From NCBI RefSeq assembly GCF_018350175.1, contig NC_058368.1:128900001-128964000 (forward strand): a stretch of 64,000 bases of DNA. Reading direction: 5' to 3'. Origin of the DNA: Felis catus. Taxonomy: Eukaryota. The notes under the pieces were generated by a model. It made no database searches. It was given only the letters and a program-made list of their open reading frames with translations, and was not told the origin of the DNA. A program made the position numbers and the translations under genes. Numbering within the stretch: the stretch's first letter is position 1; each line of letters begins with the position of its first letter. This document shows positions 1-11,724 of the stretch, in pieces.

Positions 1-788
1 AGGAAGCTCTGAGTTCTGCCCTGGGAAAGGGTACTTTGTTGGCTTTCTGTGGAGGAGTTTTGCAAATAATTGGTCTCTCCCACCCTCCAGGCCTTGAACT
101 TCATCTGTGGACTCTAAAAAATGCAAAAGAGCTGGAGAGAAATGGCTACCTGCTGTGGAAGACCAGGCCCACCCTGTATCCTCAGCCCTCTGCTCTCTCG
201 ACTTTGGGCCTAAAACTATGTGTGAACAAGAAGAGCAGCTGTCACTATATGTATGAAGGCACCCAGCTGGGGGTGGACAACATCGAGACCTGCATCCAGA
301 AGGTCAGCATCCAGCAGAGGGCGCATGGGTCGGTTCACTGGGGGTCTGGAAGGTCACACCCTTTAGATCAAGTAGGGGAAACTGGTGCCCAGAGTAAACA
401 CCAAAACCCAGCACGGAGGCCCTCAAGTCCATTCCCAGAGCTGATTCAGAGATTTAGGCAGCTTCTCCCCTCACCCACTCACAGGCCGACAATGGGAACT
501 CAAAGAATAGGGCCTTCCTTCCTTCCTACTCTGACTGCAGACCTGTTGGTCAGCAATGGCCTCAGGGAATTGTAAACCTTTTGGAGAAAGAAATCACAGG
601 CGAGGGCTGCAAACAGACAATTCAGTGAAAATCTGTTCAATTCAAGGAGGCCTGCAGAGCTCTATTATTAGCTCCCGAAGCAGTGAGGGAGGAGCCTGGA
701 CGGTGCCCTAAACACCAATCCTCTTCAGCCCTTTTCTCTCTTCCATGGAGCCTACTTCAAACCTTCTCCATTGTTAAAAATCAGTACA

Positions 789-996
789 GGGGTGCCTGGG
801 TGGCTCAGTCGGTTAAGCGTCCGACTTCGGTTCAAGTCATGATCTTACAGTCCGTGAGTTCGAGCCCAGCATTGGGCTCTGTGCTGTTAGTTCAGAGCCT
901 GGAGTTTGCTTCAAACTCTGTCTCCCTTTCTCTCTGCCCCTCCCCCACTCACTCTCTGTCTCTATCAAAAAATGTATAAACAGTTAAAAAAATATT
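789..996 (+). mobile_element. Can-SINE (feliform type)
   Basis: tRNA-like head, CT-rich tract and A-tail; TSD TTAAAAATCAGTA(C/G)A at 774-788 and 997-1011. Confidence 0.95.
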
Positions 997-1016
997 TTAA
1001 AAATCAGTAGAGAAAA

Positions 1017-1217
1017 GGGGCGTCTGGGTGGCTCAGTTGGTTAAGCGTCTGACTTCGGCTCAGGTCATGATCTCATAGTTGGTGAGTTTGAGCCCTGCAT
1101 CAGGCTCTGCACTGAGCGTGCAGATCCTGCTTGGGATTCTCTCTCTCCCTCTCTCTCTGCCCCTGTCCCTCTCTGTCTCTCCCAAAATAAATAAACTTTT
1201 AAAAAGTCTTAAAAGAA
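1017..1217 (+). mobile_element. Can-SINE
   Basis: Head GGGGCGTCTGGGTGGCTCAG and A-tail; TSD AAAAATCA(G/A)TAG(A/G)GAAAA at 999-1016 and 1218-1235. Confidence 0.95.
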
Positions 1218-1270
1218 AAAAATCAATAGGGAAAAAACCAACAACCTAGTAGAAAAATGGGCAAGGACAT

Positions 1271-1746
1271 TGTATTTGTCAAGGTTCTCTAGAGAAACAG
1301 AACAATAGACAGATAGATAAATAGATTTATTATGAGGGATTGGTTACATGATTATGGAGATGGAGAAGTCTCAAGATAATGCTGTCTGTAAGCTGGAGAC
1401 CCAGGAAATCCAGTGATGCAATTCAGCCCAAACCTGAAGGCCTGTGAACCAGGGAGGCTGATGGTATAACTCTCAGTCCCGGGACAGGAGAAGATGAAAT
1501 GCCCCAGATCAAGCAGTGAGGCAAGAAAAACAGGAGCGAATTCCTCCTTCCTCTGCACGTTGTTCTATTCAGGCCCCCACCAGATTAGACAATGATCACT
1601 CATGCTGGGGAGGATGATCTGCTTTCCTGAGTTTAGCGAGTCAAATGCTAATCTCATCTGGAAATGCCGTCACAGACATACTTAGAAATAATGCTTAGTC
1701 TAGGCCCCCATGGCCAGTAGACTTGACCCGTAATACCAACCATCAT
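1271..1746 (-). mobile_element. MLT2-family (ERVL) solo LTR inserted in an old L1 fragment
   Basis: TGTATTTGTCAAGGTTCTCTAGAGAAACAGAAC ... AAGCTGGAGACCCAGG ... AATGCTAATCTCATC ... AACCATCA follows the reverse complement of the MLT2 consensus over its full length. The flanks rejoin as L1-like AAAAATGGGCAAGGACAT/GAACAGA. Confidence 0.88.
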
Positions 1747-2689
1747 GATGTGAACAGAGTGCAAGTTCACAGCTACACATTTTCCCTAGTAGACACTCTC
1801 ATATGTATGTCAAGAAGTGTGCACAAGGAACGGATTAAATAAGGTGTGCTTCACAGTGGGGTGGATTTATTTGTGTGGCTGTGGAACCACCTTCAAGACA
1901 CGGGTTAAGTGAGAAACTGGTTCACAACAGGGTTCTGACTTTAGACTTGCGGTCTAAAGAGATTGTATGAATTTACACTGTTATACTCCTCCCAGTCATT
2001 GATAATATAATTTATTAGTGAATATTTTTATTTTGGCCAATCTGATAGGTGAAAAATGAAATTTTGTTTCACTTTGGGTTTTTTTAACTGTGAGGGAAAG
2101 AATGAATTCCTTCTTAACAGATTTTCTTGCCTTGCACTAACAGAGAAATAGAACCCTCAGTGGGAACACCTTTAACCTGTCCCCACAGCCAAGCATATGC
2201 TCTTTCCTCCCTCACACTCATCTTTCCACGTTCTGTATCCTCCTCAGTCTCTGGAGGCTGTCCTCAGCTTCCCCTAGGTCCTTGCACTCTTTGCTCAGCA
2301 CATAGCCCCATCTTCCCTCCTGAGTTTTTATCACTGACATTTAAATTCACCAGAGTCTCCCAGATCTTAAACCACCACTCGGCAGTTGCCCCAGACCCTC
2401 TTTTCCTCTTTTGGGTTTAGCCTCTTGAAAGAGTTGCCTACACTGCCTATTACCTGCTCCCTGTGCTCACTCTGCAACCTGCCTTCTGTCTCTACCACGC
2501 TCCTTGAACTTGCCCCTCCAAAATCTCATGTGACTTCCATGTTGCTAAAATCACCGGACACCTTCTCGAGCATTCTCGTCTGCTCCTCCAGCTAGCTTCA
2601 GTTGCCAAGCCTGTATCTTTTGTCTAGATCCCTCAACAACTAAGTAACTGATTAAGTAACTAACTGCTGGTACTGGTCATCCACTTTGG

Positions 2690-3250
2690 GGGTCTTGTGG
2701 GCAGCTCAGCTTCAGCATGCTGAAAACTTTCTGTCCCCAGTGCTCTCTCTCTCTCTCTCAGGCAATGGCTCTGTCATCCAACCAGTTGGCCAAGCCAGAG
2801 ACTTGGGAGTGGCCCTGTCACCGTGCCCCTCCCCTGCCCTCTGTGGCCAACCTTGCAGTTACCCTTTGAATCTTCCTCCTCAGCTACTATACTAGCTCAC
2901 CATTTTCTCTGAGGAGTTACAATAGCTTCTTCTCATTCAATTCTCCACACTGCCTGCTATAGCCCTTTTCAAGGGCTTCTTCCTACCCTTAGGATAAATT
3001 CCAAATTCCTTACCATGGTTACAAGACCCTTGGTGACCTGGTCTCATTCACTAACCACCCTCTTGCATTCTAAGATCCAGACCTACTGAACTTGCTATAG
3101 TTTTCTAATGCCTAACATTCTTGCCCTCTTCTGAGTCTTTAAATATGGCATTCCCTCTGCCTCTTCTTTTTTCTTCTTATTTTCTTCTCCAGGATAACTT
3201 CTACTCATCCTTCAGGTCTTGGCTTGAAGCTCTCTTCCTCTCTTCCTTGT
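2690..3250 (-). mobile_element. Degenerate L2 LINE fragment
   Basis: L2-like motifs AATGGC..TCATCCAACCAGTTG..CAAGCCAGAGACTTGGGAGT and GGATAAATTCCAAATTCCTTACCATGG..ACAAGACCC; pyrimidine-rich + strand. Confidence 0.65.
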
Positions 3251-3404
3251 TTCTTTAGTTCTGATTCCTCCAATAAGATTCAAATTTAAGACGGAGCTTA
3301 TGCCCTCCTAAAACATCATTGTGCCCCCTCCCACTGCTAAGTACCAGATAACCTTTGCAGGTACTGATGTATGCATGACCATCCCCCATTTCACAATGCA
3401 TTTT

Positions 3405-3613
3405 GTAAAATACTTTTTTTATGTTTATTTATTTATGGTGAGAGAGACAGAGAGGGATAGGGGCAGAGAGAGAGGGAGAGAGAGAATCCCAAGCAGGCTC
3501 TGCATTGTCAGCACAGAGCCTGACGTGGGGCTTGAACTCACGAACCACGAGATCATGACCCAAGCCCAGATCAAGAGTCTGATGCTTAACCGACTGAGCC
3601 ACCCAGGTGCCCC
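3405..3613 (-). mobile_element. Can-SINE
   Basis: Reverse-strand head ends ...GAGCCACCCAGGTGCCCC; TSD TCACAATGC(A/G)TTTT at 3391-3404 and 3614-3627. Confidence 0.95.
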
Positions 3614-4517
3614 TCACAATGCGTTTTAACGAAGAAGTGTAAATAGAGTCTTTGCTTTTGTGGAATCATTATGGAGGAAGTAGCTTAGCCAGAAATACCC
3701 TATGGAGTTAGAATTACAATTCTAACTAATTTGTTAGTGTTGTCCCTCTGGTGATAGATATTAAAATTTACAGAAAATTTGTAATAGTGCATCCCCTCGT
3801 CTTCTTTTTTAAAACCCTGTGTGTGTAAAATGCACATATGTGTGTCAGAGACCAACTCTGCCAGATTGGTTTTTGTAGTCCAGTAGTTTGAACTAAAAAA
3901 TCTGTGAGAAGATTGTTTTTTTAGCAAGTTTTCCAAAAATAATCTTGAGGCAAGACAGTGGGAACTGTGTATTTAAAAATGTATTTTCGTGGCTGCTGTA
4001 CACATACAGTTTGTATTTCTGAAATTTTAACACATAGGCACCTGAAGTGCACTGTTGAAATCAAATAGTATACACATTCCAAGGCTCAAGGCTGACCAGT
4101 GTCAGAATCACAAGTGTCGATTGTTGGCAGAAAACAAAGTGTTTGGAAGCTAGAAAACATGGCTGTTTGTTCAGATTAATTCTGAGAAGGGGGGATGGAA
4201 TCAACGAGTTTGTGAATCCAAGCAAAATTCAGACAGAATTTCTAGGAATGCAGTCAGAGTGAGAGCAGACCTTTTAGAAATGAAAAGAATTTAAACACCA
4301 AGTTGAATAAATGAAGCAGCAAAAGAAATGGCGTTGACCTAGCTGTAAAACGAAGAGAACTAAAGTAGTGAGTTCTTAGCAGACCTCGCAGAATTCCCAG
4401 TAAGAGGAAAAAAAAAAAACAGGAGTGTTCGAAGCGGTTTTCTTTTCCCTAAGTCCACAAGTGTATGGATGTCCCCACAATCCACCCAAGCTCCCCTCCT
4501 CAAAACAGGCCCCTTCC

Positions 4518-4747
4518 GGGGTGCCTGGGTGGCTCAGTCGGTTGAGCATCCGACTTCGGCTCAGGTCATGATCTCACGGTCCGTGAGTTTGAGCCCCGCG
4601 TTGGGCTCTGTGCTGACAGCTTGGAGCCTGGAGCCTGCTTCCGATTCTGTGTCTCCCTCTCTCTCTGACCCTCCCCGTTCATGCTCTGCCTCTCCCTGTC
4701 TCAAAAATAAATAAACATTAAAAAAAAAAAAAAACAAAACAAAACAA
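4518..4747 (+). mobile_element. Can-SINE, young
   Basis: Many CpGs retained; perfect 16-bp TSD AAAACAGGCCCCTTCC at 4502-4517 and 4748-4763. Confidence 0.97.
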
Positions 4748-5064
4748 AAAACAGGCCCCTTCCAGACACTGTAGCCTCCTCTGCTGCAAACCCTCCCACC
4801 TTCTTACTCACAGGGAAACCTGGGATTCTCCTCACCCAACCACCGGCCTGAGTCTTTTCAGCTCCTACTACTTAATAGCTCTAGGGCCTGTCTCTCCACA
4901 GCTGCTAACCTGGTACAAGCCGCCCCCCCAGCCCACCCCCCGCAACGCCACCACCACCCCCCACACCAACACAGCTTCTGCCTGGCCTGAGGGCAGGAAG
5001 GAGCATCTGTGCTGTCCAAGCAGTGCTATCTAGAGATGGACCTCTGGGTCACAGTCTGGTTCCA

Positions 5065-5250
5065 GCACTTTCCAGGCAAACAGTGCTGGCCCAATTTTTC
5101 TGTGTCTCAATCTCTTCTTCTGTGAAAAGTGGGGGACAGTAGCATCTGGCCCATAGGGCTGCGTGAGAATTAAATAAGCTGTGTATAAAGGTCATAGAAC
5201 AATACTTGGTCCGTAGTAAAACATGTTACATAAACATTAGCTACCATTTT
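5065..5250 (+). mobile_element. MIR SINE fragment
   Basis: CTGTGTCTCAATCTCTTCTTCTGTGAAA ... ATAGGGCTGCGTGAGAATTAAATAAG resembles the MIR core. Confidence 0.65.
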
Positions 5251-5329
5251 TCCTTATTTCCTTATTCCCTTGCTTCCTTTCTTGACTCATTTGAACCTAT
5301 TTTCCTGGAGCAAATCATGTTCAAATAAA

Positions 5330-5880
5330 CTGATCCTTCAACTTACTGCTGAAAACACTTGGAGAATTTCCCTGTGGCTTTTAGAGAAACCCTCAATGCT
5401 TAAAGAGGCTGACAGGGCTGGGCTTGGGCTGGGCCCTGTCTCCCTCTCCAGCCCCATCCTGTACCCCATCCCCCTATTCTCAGAGCTCCAGACTCTCTGA
5501 CCTTCTTTCAGTTCTTCAAACCCTCAGAGCTTCCTCTCACCTCAGGGCTTTTACACAAGCTGCTTCCTCTGTCCGAAATGCCGGAATGCCGACTCATCCT
5601 TCCCGTCTCCACAGGAGCCTCATCACTTCCTCAGGGAGACCTTGCCCAGCCTCCCTAACTAGGTCAGCCCTCACTATGGCACCATGTCTTTTTCCTCCAT
5701 GGCACTTCTCAGGGTTCTCCTCTGACACATTTTCATGGGGGTAATTAGATTTACATTTCTCTCATTCCTACAGTGGAAGCTCTGTGAAGGTGGAGACCAT
5801 GTCTATTTTCCATTTATTCCAACCCTCAGAGCCTGGCATAGTTCCTGAATATAACACTGTGCGTGCTCAATTAATATCTT
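5330..5880 (-). mobile_element. Degenerate L2 LINE 3' fragment
   Basis: CACCTCAGGGCTTTTACACAAGCTGCTTCCTCTG, CATCACTTCCTCAGGGAGACCTT, AAGCTCTGTGAAGG, AGAGCCTGGCATAG and GTGCTCAATTAATAT are L2 3'-end motifs. Confidence 0.7.
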
Positions 5881-6903
5881 TGAGATATGGAGGGGAGGGA
5901 GGGGGGAAGGGAAGAAAAAGGTGTGCCCAAATGTCCTTGACTGTTCTGGAGGCCAATCTGCCACGAGGGTGTGTGGTGGGTTCAAGGAAACCTCTCCCAT
6001 CACAAGCCTGTGTGCTCTTCCCTCCTCTCGCTCCCTTTGATTCATTAATGTGTTTCATTCGCAATTAAATTCAAGTGTTTATTCTTAGGAAGAAAGGTCC
6101 TCACATTGGCATTATAATGTGACCTTTGAAGGCAATTTGTGGCATATTTTTTCTCATGCAGACATTTTGTGGCTCCAAGGAAGGACAAGGTCCTAGGCAT
6201 GAGGTTGCAGGGGAATAAATTCCCTCCAGCTGCATCCAAATGGGATGCTTGACCAGACTGTCAGCTTGCTCCCTGGTATTACCACCCCATACTGAAAAGC
6301 AATCCACATAAGGAGCTCCAGCACCAGCGAAAGGTAATGCAAAGAAGAGAGGAGAGAAAAGGCTTCCGGGTTCACCTTTCCCACCATCTAGGGAAAGCAC
6401 TAGAGAATGAAGGTCAGCATAAACAGAAGGACTCCTTTCCCTAAACTAAAAGCAGAAGAGATAGGCATTCCTCTTGCTGCATGTGGATGAATAGAGATGA
6501 ATTCCAGAAGAATAAGAGAAAAAGGAATGTCAGAGTTGAAAGTGATGTTTTACCCCCGGTCCATCCTCATTCTTACATCCAAGAACCAACTGAGGGCGAA
6601 GAGGTGAAAAGGCTTTGCCTGAGGCTACACAGAGGCCTGGGTTCCACAGGGAGGCTGAAGGAGGAAGGCAGCTGAGGTTTTTAGTGGTTTGACATTGAGC
6701 TCCTGTCCATAGCTCAGGTGCTTCACCCTGATTAAATCCTGACGTAACTGTAGGAAGTTGTGTCATTACCCCCATTTTATAGATGAAAACCCTGATGGTC
6801 AGGAAGTCCTGGGACAAGACAAAAGCTGTTCAGTGAAAACTTTCTGAGGCTAACACTGCAAAGTATCCTTGGCCTTGACTCTGCACCTGAGCAGCCTTAC
6901 CTG

Positions 6904-7041
6904 TAGGGTGACCACATGCTCTGGTTCACCTGAGTCAAGCCTGGTTTATACCTGTTGTCCCAGGGTCAGTAGTAATGGCACCTTCTTTTGCTCTCAAAGT
7001 GCCCCAGTCGGGATAATACATTTATCATGTGATTACTCTAG
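6904..7041. mobile_element. MER94-like hAT-Blackjack MITE
   Basis: TIRs TAGGGTGACCACAT ... ATGTGATTACTCTA; internal GGTTTATACCTGTTGTCCC and CTCTCAAAGTGCCCC. Confidence 0.75.
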
Positions 7042-7195
7042 TATCTACAAAATGGGGATATTCATATTACCTGCTCATGGAGTTTTCGCAAGGAATCAAT
7101 GGGATTTCGCACGTAAAATGCATGGCATCTGGCATGTAGTAAGCACTAAATAGATGTTAGTGGTTATTGTTACTGTTATTATTATTATTATTAGG
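7042..7195 (+). mobile_element. MIR SINE 3' part
   Basis: ATCTACAAAATGGGGATA ... TGGCATGTAGTAAGCACTAAATAGATGTTAG followed by an ATT-repeat tail. Confidence 0.75.
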
Positions 7196-8590
7196 AAGGT
7201 ATCTGAAGAGGGGGCAGCAAGGAGTAAAGACATGGTTTCCCACTTGACATGCCCATCGCGGTCTCCACGAATGGCGCTCCCTGGAGTTGGGCAGTGCCTA
7301 TTCAAACTGACCTGTTGGGAATGGCACCATCCACTCTAGCCTAGAGGCCATCTGGAGGCACTGAGCTTGCCTCTTCCACCTCTCCATCAGTCACATTCAC
7401 TGCTTGGGTCTCTTTGGGTCCCAAAGTTGAAACTTATTTTTTTTTTCCCTTTTACTCTAAAGTCTAAAGCTTAGATTTCTTAAAGAGGAAGAAGAGTCAC
7501 AGAGAATCCTATAGAGGATCCCCTCCCCCCAGCCCCAGCCTGTGCTTAATTGAGTGGCTTAAGGGACTTGCCTCCTCTTCAAGATTAAGAGGTGGGTGTG
7601 AATATTTTCCTCTGGCCCCCTTATATGTTCTTGATTACAGTAATAAAAATGCTAAGCTCTATTGCCTCTCACTGGAGTAAAGGCAGCTGAAAACTCCTCA
7701 TTCCCTGAAGAACCTAATTGTTGATTCTAGTGCATCTAAACAGGTGTTCTTTAGATTGCTTTTTCTAATGCCTTTTCACTGGAAAGATCAATTTAAATGT
7801 TGCTTTGAGCTAATCAGTGATTGCTTCTGTATTCATCCAAATTTATATCTTTGCTTCTGCGTGCTAGATGAGACATTACTTTCAAAGTCTATAAACTTAA
7901 ATAAGGGAGGTGATTTCTAATTTAGCTCTTTGTCCTCTTCTGTCTTCCATATTTTATGCAAAATATGCATGTATTTCTTTTTGTTATTTAAAATCCTAGT
8001 TGAAACCTGTGTTTGAACGTCCTGAGTCATCTTTGGATGCCCTATAACGCCACGTGTGGTATGTTCTACAGAGTGGGTATTCAATAAATATTTGTGGAAA
8101 AGATAAATTCATGCCTTAACCTGGATTGCAAGCACATTGGATTTGTGGTCCCTAGGTGTCTGAGTTCAGGAATTCTTTCAATATTGTCTGAACTTTCTTG
8201 TGTCTGCATCTGTGTTTATTCTGCTCTCTCTGCCTAGAATTTCCCCAGTCCCGTCTCTCCAGAAAGCTCACGTTCACGCAAGGTTCTCATCAAATGCCAG
8301 CTGCTCCATGAAACCAGGCTGCAGTCTCCAACCAGCTCTCCTGGAGTCAGTATCCGAACAAGGGATCTGGAGAGGGTTGCATCTGATTTTCCAAACCCCA
8401 CGGTACTCTGCACCTTTCTGATTTATCTCATCTGTGGGTATTTGCTCCTGGCCTTTTTTCACCCATGGTGAGCACGTGAAACTTCTTCAGGCGACACAGA
8501 GGGTGTACTCTGCTGAACCACAGGAATAGACTAAAAAATAGTTGTTGCTTAATGAATTGTAGGTGTATAGTTTTGAAGAATGACATTTTA

Positions 8591-8800
8591 TTTCTTTTTT
8601 TTTTTTTTTTTAAGTTTTATTTATTTTTGAGAGAGAGGGAGGGGGAGGATTAGAGAGACAGGAAGACACAGAATCTGAAGCAGGCTCCAGGCTCTGAGCT
8701 GTCAGCAAATAGTCTGACACGGGGCTTGAACCCATGAAACATGAGATCATGGCCTGAGCCGAAGGCCGATGCTTAACCGACTGAGCCACACAGGCGCCCC
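8591..8800 (-). mobile_element. Can-SINE
   Basis: T-tract, AG tract and reverse head ...CAGGCGCCCC; TSD AAGAATGA(CA/TG)TTTTA at 8576-8590 and 8801-8815. Confidence 0.95.
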
Positions 8801-10384
8801 AAGAATGATGTTTTAAAGTAAAGTGTACCCGGATGGAGAAATGATGGATGTGGCTCTTCAATCAAGTCCTCAGAACATAATCCTTTAGAACTTGCAGGCC
8901 ATCTATCAGCACTCTCTCTTTCACACGCAAAGAACCCCTGGTTCCGAGAGTCCTGGGTCTTCCTTAAGGTCACCTGGTGGGGAAAGACCAGAATTCAGCC
9001 AGCAGATCTTCTGAAGTGCTCTTCCAGACATACCTTCAGGCATAATTTAACATGTATCAGTTTATCCTTGAGTGTAAAGTACACTTCATGATTGGTGACC
9101 GGCTAACTATTCATAGTTCCTCACTCCCTCCCTTTTAGTGCCTGTTTCTAAGCAGCAAAGTTGTGGTTCAGTGACTTCTGTCTGGATAATATGAAAACAG
9201 GGCACCCGGCCAATTTTGATGAGCTAACTATTTCCCTAAATTATCATGCCTAAGCAAAAGGCCCCAAACCTGCTGTTCAACACTTATCATTGGATCTGGG
9301 GGATGGGCTCTACACAGGCATATCATCAAATAACTGGAATTTTGCATTTGCGATTGTCAAGCAGTGAAAATTGTCATCCTTAGAAATGACTGACAGTTCC
9401 CCTGCCTCATTTCTGCTACACTGAGTTAGGTAAAGAAAAAAAAAATCACCTTCACTCTTTTTACAGATTTCTTGCTGAAGACCCATGTGACAGGAGTATA
9501 AATTTTCACCAGAAATTGATGGGAGAACGGACACTTCAAAGTGCCTGAAAGACTTTGCAAAAGGTCCCAATTAGCAGAATGCAGCTAACATCTTAAAAAA
9601 AGAAAATAGAATAAATGTTGCAGTGGGAATGAATCTTGCCTGGAGTGCTGGGTTGTTGGCTGATTGCCTGGCGAGAGTGGTGGCCAGGACTTGCCAGCTG
9701 GCTGATCCACACGCCTATAAAGGATGCGGTCAGCTTACACCTTGGCAAGCTACAATTTTGATGGAAATCTTAGAGGTCGGCAGGCGTTCTCCCTAGTAAA
9801 GTACGTTAGATCAGGTCATTGCTTTTATTTGAGTGAAGAAAATATCCTGATGGCCAGGATTAGGAGCACCAAGTCAGTACTCTGCTCCAAAGGAGAATTC
9901 ATTACTGCATCAGAAGGGATATATGCCCTAAAGGAGACAGAGGGTGTAATTGAAGGTGGCACATTCATCTAATCCCCACGTTAAACCAGTCATGCCACCG
10001 AAGCAAACCAACTGGCTCGCCAACAACCACACATCTTCCCACAAGTTCCACTCAACAACCAGTTTTTCAAACTCTGAACTCCAAAGCTACTGCTTTCCTA
10101 TCCTCTTATGTTTACTCATATTTACCTGTGGGTAGTTGTTTCACTTGTTTGTTTTGCATAGATCTGACTTCGAGGATCAGATGTAAACATTCTAGTAGCC
10201 CCACAATGGCTAGCTTAGTGCTTTTCATCTGGAGGCACTCCATGAATGACAAAGCTGCCAAAGGAACTTCCATAGTCCACAGTCCATCCTGAAAATTTAA
10301 AAAACAGTTTTAAAAAACTGACAACCTCTCTATCAGTCTCCCAAATGGATTTATTTTTTTGAAATTTATTAAAAACTGATTTTA

Positions 10385-10600
10385 GGGCACCTGGGTGGCT
10401 CAGTCGGTTAAGCGTCCGACTTCGGCTCAGGTCATGATCTCACAGTTGGTGGGTTCGAGTCCAGCATCAGGCTGTGTGCTGACAGCTCAGAGCCTGAAGC
10501 CTGCTTTGGATTCTGTCTCCCTCTCTCTCTGACCCTCCCCCGCTTATACTCTCTCTTGCTTTCCCAAAAATAAATAAAACATTTAAAAATAAATAAAAAT
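10385..10600 (+). mobile_element. Can-SINE
   Basis: Canonical head and tail; TSD AA(A/C)AACTGATTTTA at 10371-10384 and 10601-10614. Confidence 0.95.
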
Positions 10601-10619
10601 AACAACTGATTTTAATATT

Positions 10620-11280
10620 TATTTTTTAAAAAACAAGCACATAAAAATATCCAGGAAAAAATACAGTGAACAAATTCAAAAGTCAAATACAGACTGTGAA
10701 AATCATTTGCAAGACTGTAGATGTAAATAACAAAGGGTCTATATCCTTACTAAAGAAGAGTGGACAAAGAACTTAATCTGGAAATTTGCAAAATGTGAAA
10801 TGACTATTTAACATATGAAAGCATTTTCAAACTGAGCAGTAATGAATACAAATGGAACCAGATACCTCTTTTCACTTATCATATAAAGAAAAACCCAAGT
10901 TGTCCTGGATATGGGTTATTTGATGCTTTCATACACTGACCATGCCAATGCAAAATAAAACCAGCTTTCCGGAGGGCAAATTGTCAATTACTGTCAATAC
11001 ATATTCAATGTATATTCGAAGGTTTAACTGTATGACCTGCAGAAATTCATCCCAATTGAATGAGTATATCCCAGACAAATATTTAAAGATCTGTGTACAA
11101 GCAAACCAGAAGACCCTAATTGTTGAACAGAAGACTAATCAAATGAGGAAAACTCCATCCATTCCTTCATGCAGCTATTAAACTGATAAAATTGATATCT
11201 ATTAATTTGAAGAGAAAGATGTTTACAACATAATTAAGAAAAAAAAAACAGGCCACAGAAAAGTATGATCAAGTTTTTAT
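10620..11280 (+). mobile_element. Old L1 (L1M-type) fragment
   Basis: A-rich; motifs ACAGACTGTGAAAATCATTTGCAA, ACAAAGGGTCTATATCCTTA and GGAGGGCAAATTGTCAAT are typical of the L1ME ORF2 end/3'UTR. Confidence 0.6.

Positions 11281-11285
<5 letters not shown>

Positions 11286-11325
<40 letters not shown>
11286..11325. repeat. (CA)n microsatellite
   Basis: Directly visible. Confidence 0.95.
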
Positions 11326-11512
11326 AACATATAGGTTTACCTCTGCAAGGTAGCCATGATTCATCCCCTCCTCAGAGTTGTTTTGATTCATTGAGCTTAG
11401 CTCTGTGATATAAATATGAGGGTTTTGTTCAAACTTATACGGTTTTATTATTTATTTATATGTTTTAATTTTTTTTCAAACATACTTAAAAGTTTTAAAA
11501 ACCTAAGATGTT

Positions 11513-11724
11513 GGAGCGACTGGGTGGCTCAGTCAGTTGAGCTTCCGACTCTTGATTTCGGCTTGGGTCATGATCCCAGGTTCGTGGGCTTGAACCCTGC
11601 ATTGGGTTCTGTGGTGAGTGTGAAGCCTGCTTAAGATTCTCTCTCGCTCCCTCTGTCCCTTTCCCCTGCTTGCTTATTCTCTCTCTCTCTGAAATGAAAA
11701 ATGAAAAATGAAAAAAAAAAAAAA
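11513..11724 (+). mobile_element. Can-SINE (older subtype)
   Basis: Head GGAGCGACTGGGTGGCTCAGTCAGTTGAG..CCGACTCTTGATTTCGGC; CT tract; A-tail. Confidence 0.9.

Noticed and set aside
36..575. 179-aa ORF with a short stretch of coding-like codon usage (MYEGTQLGVDNIETCIQKV)
   Set aside because: Non-ATG start, no family I recognise and no convincing splice acceptor; only a BLASTX or PhyloCSF hit would revive it.
683..979. Recurrent peptides such as GAWVAQSVKRPTSAQVMIS in many ORFs across the window
   Set aside because: These are translations of Can-SINE copies, not a gene family.
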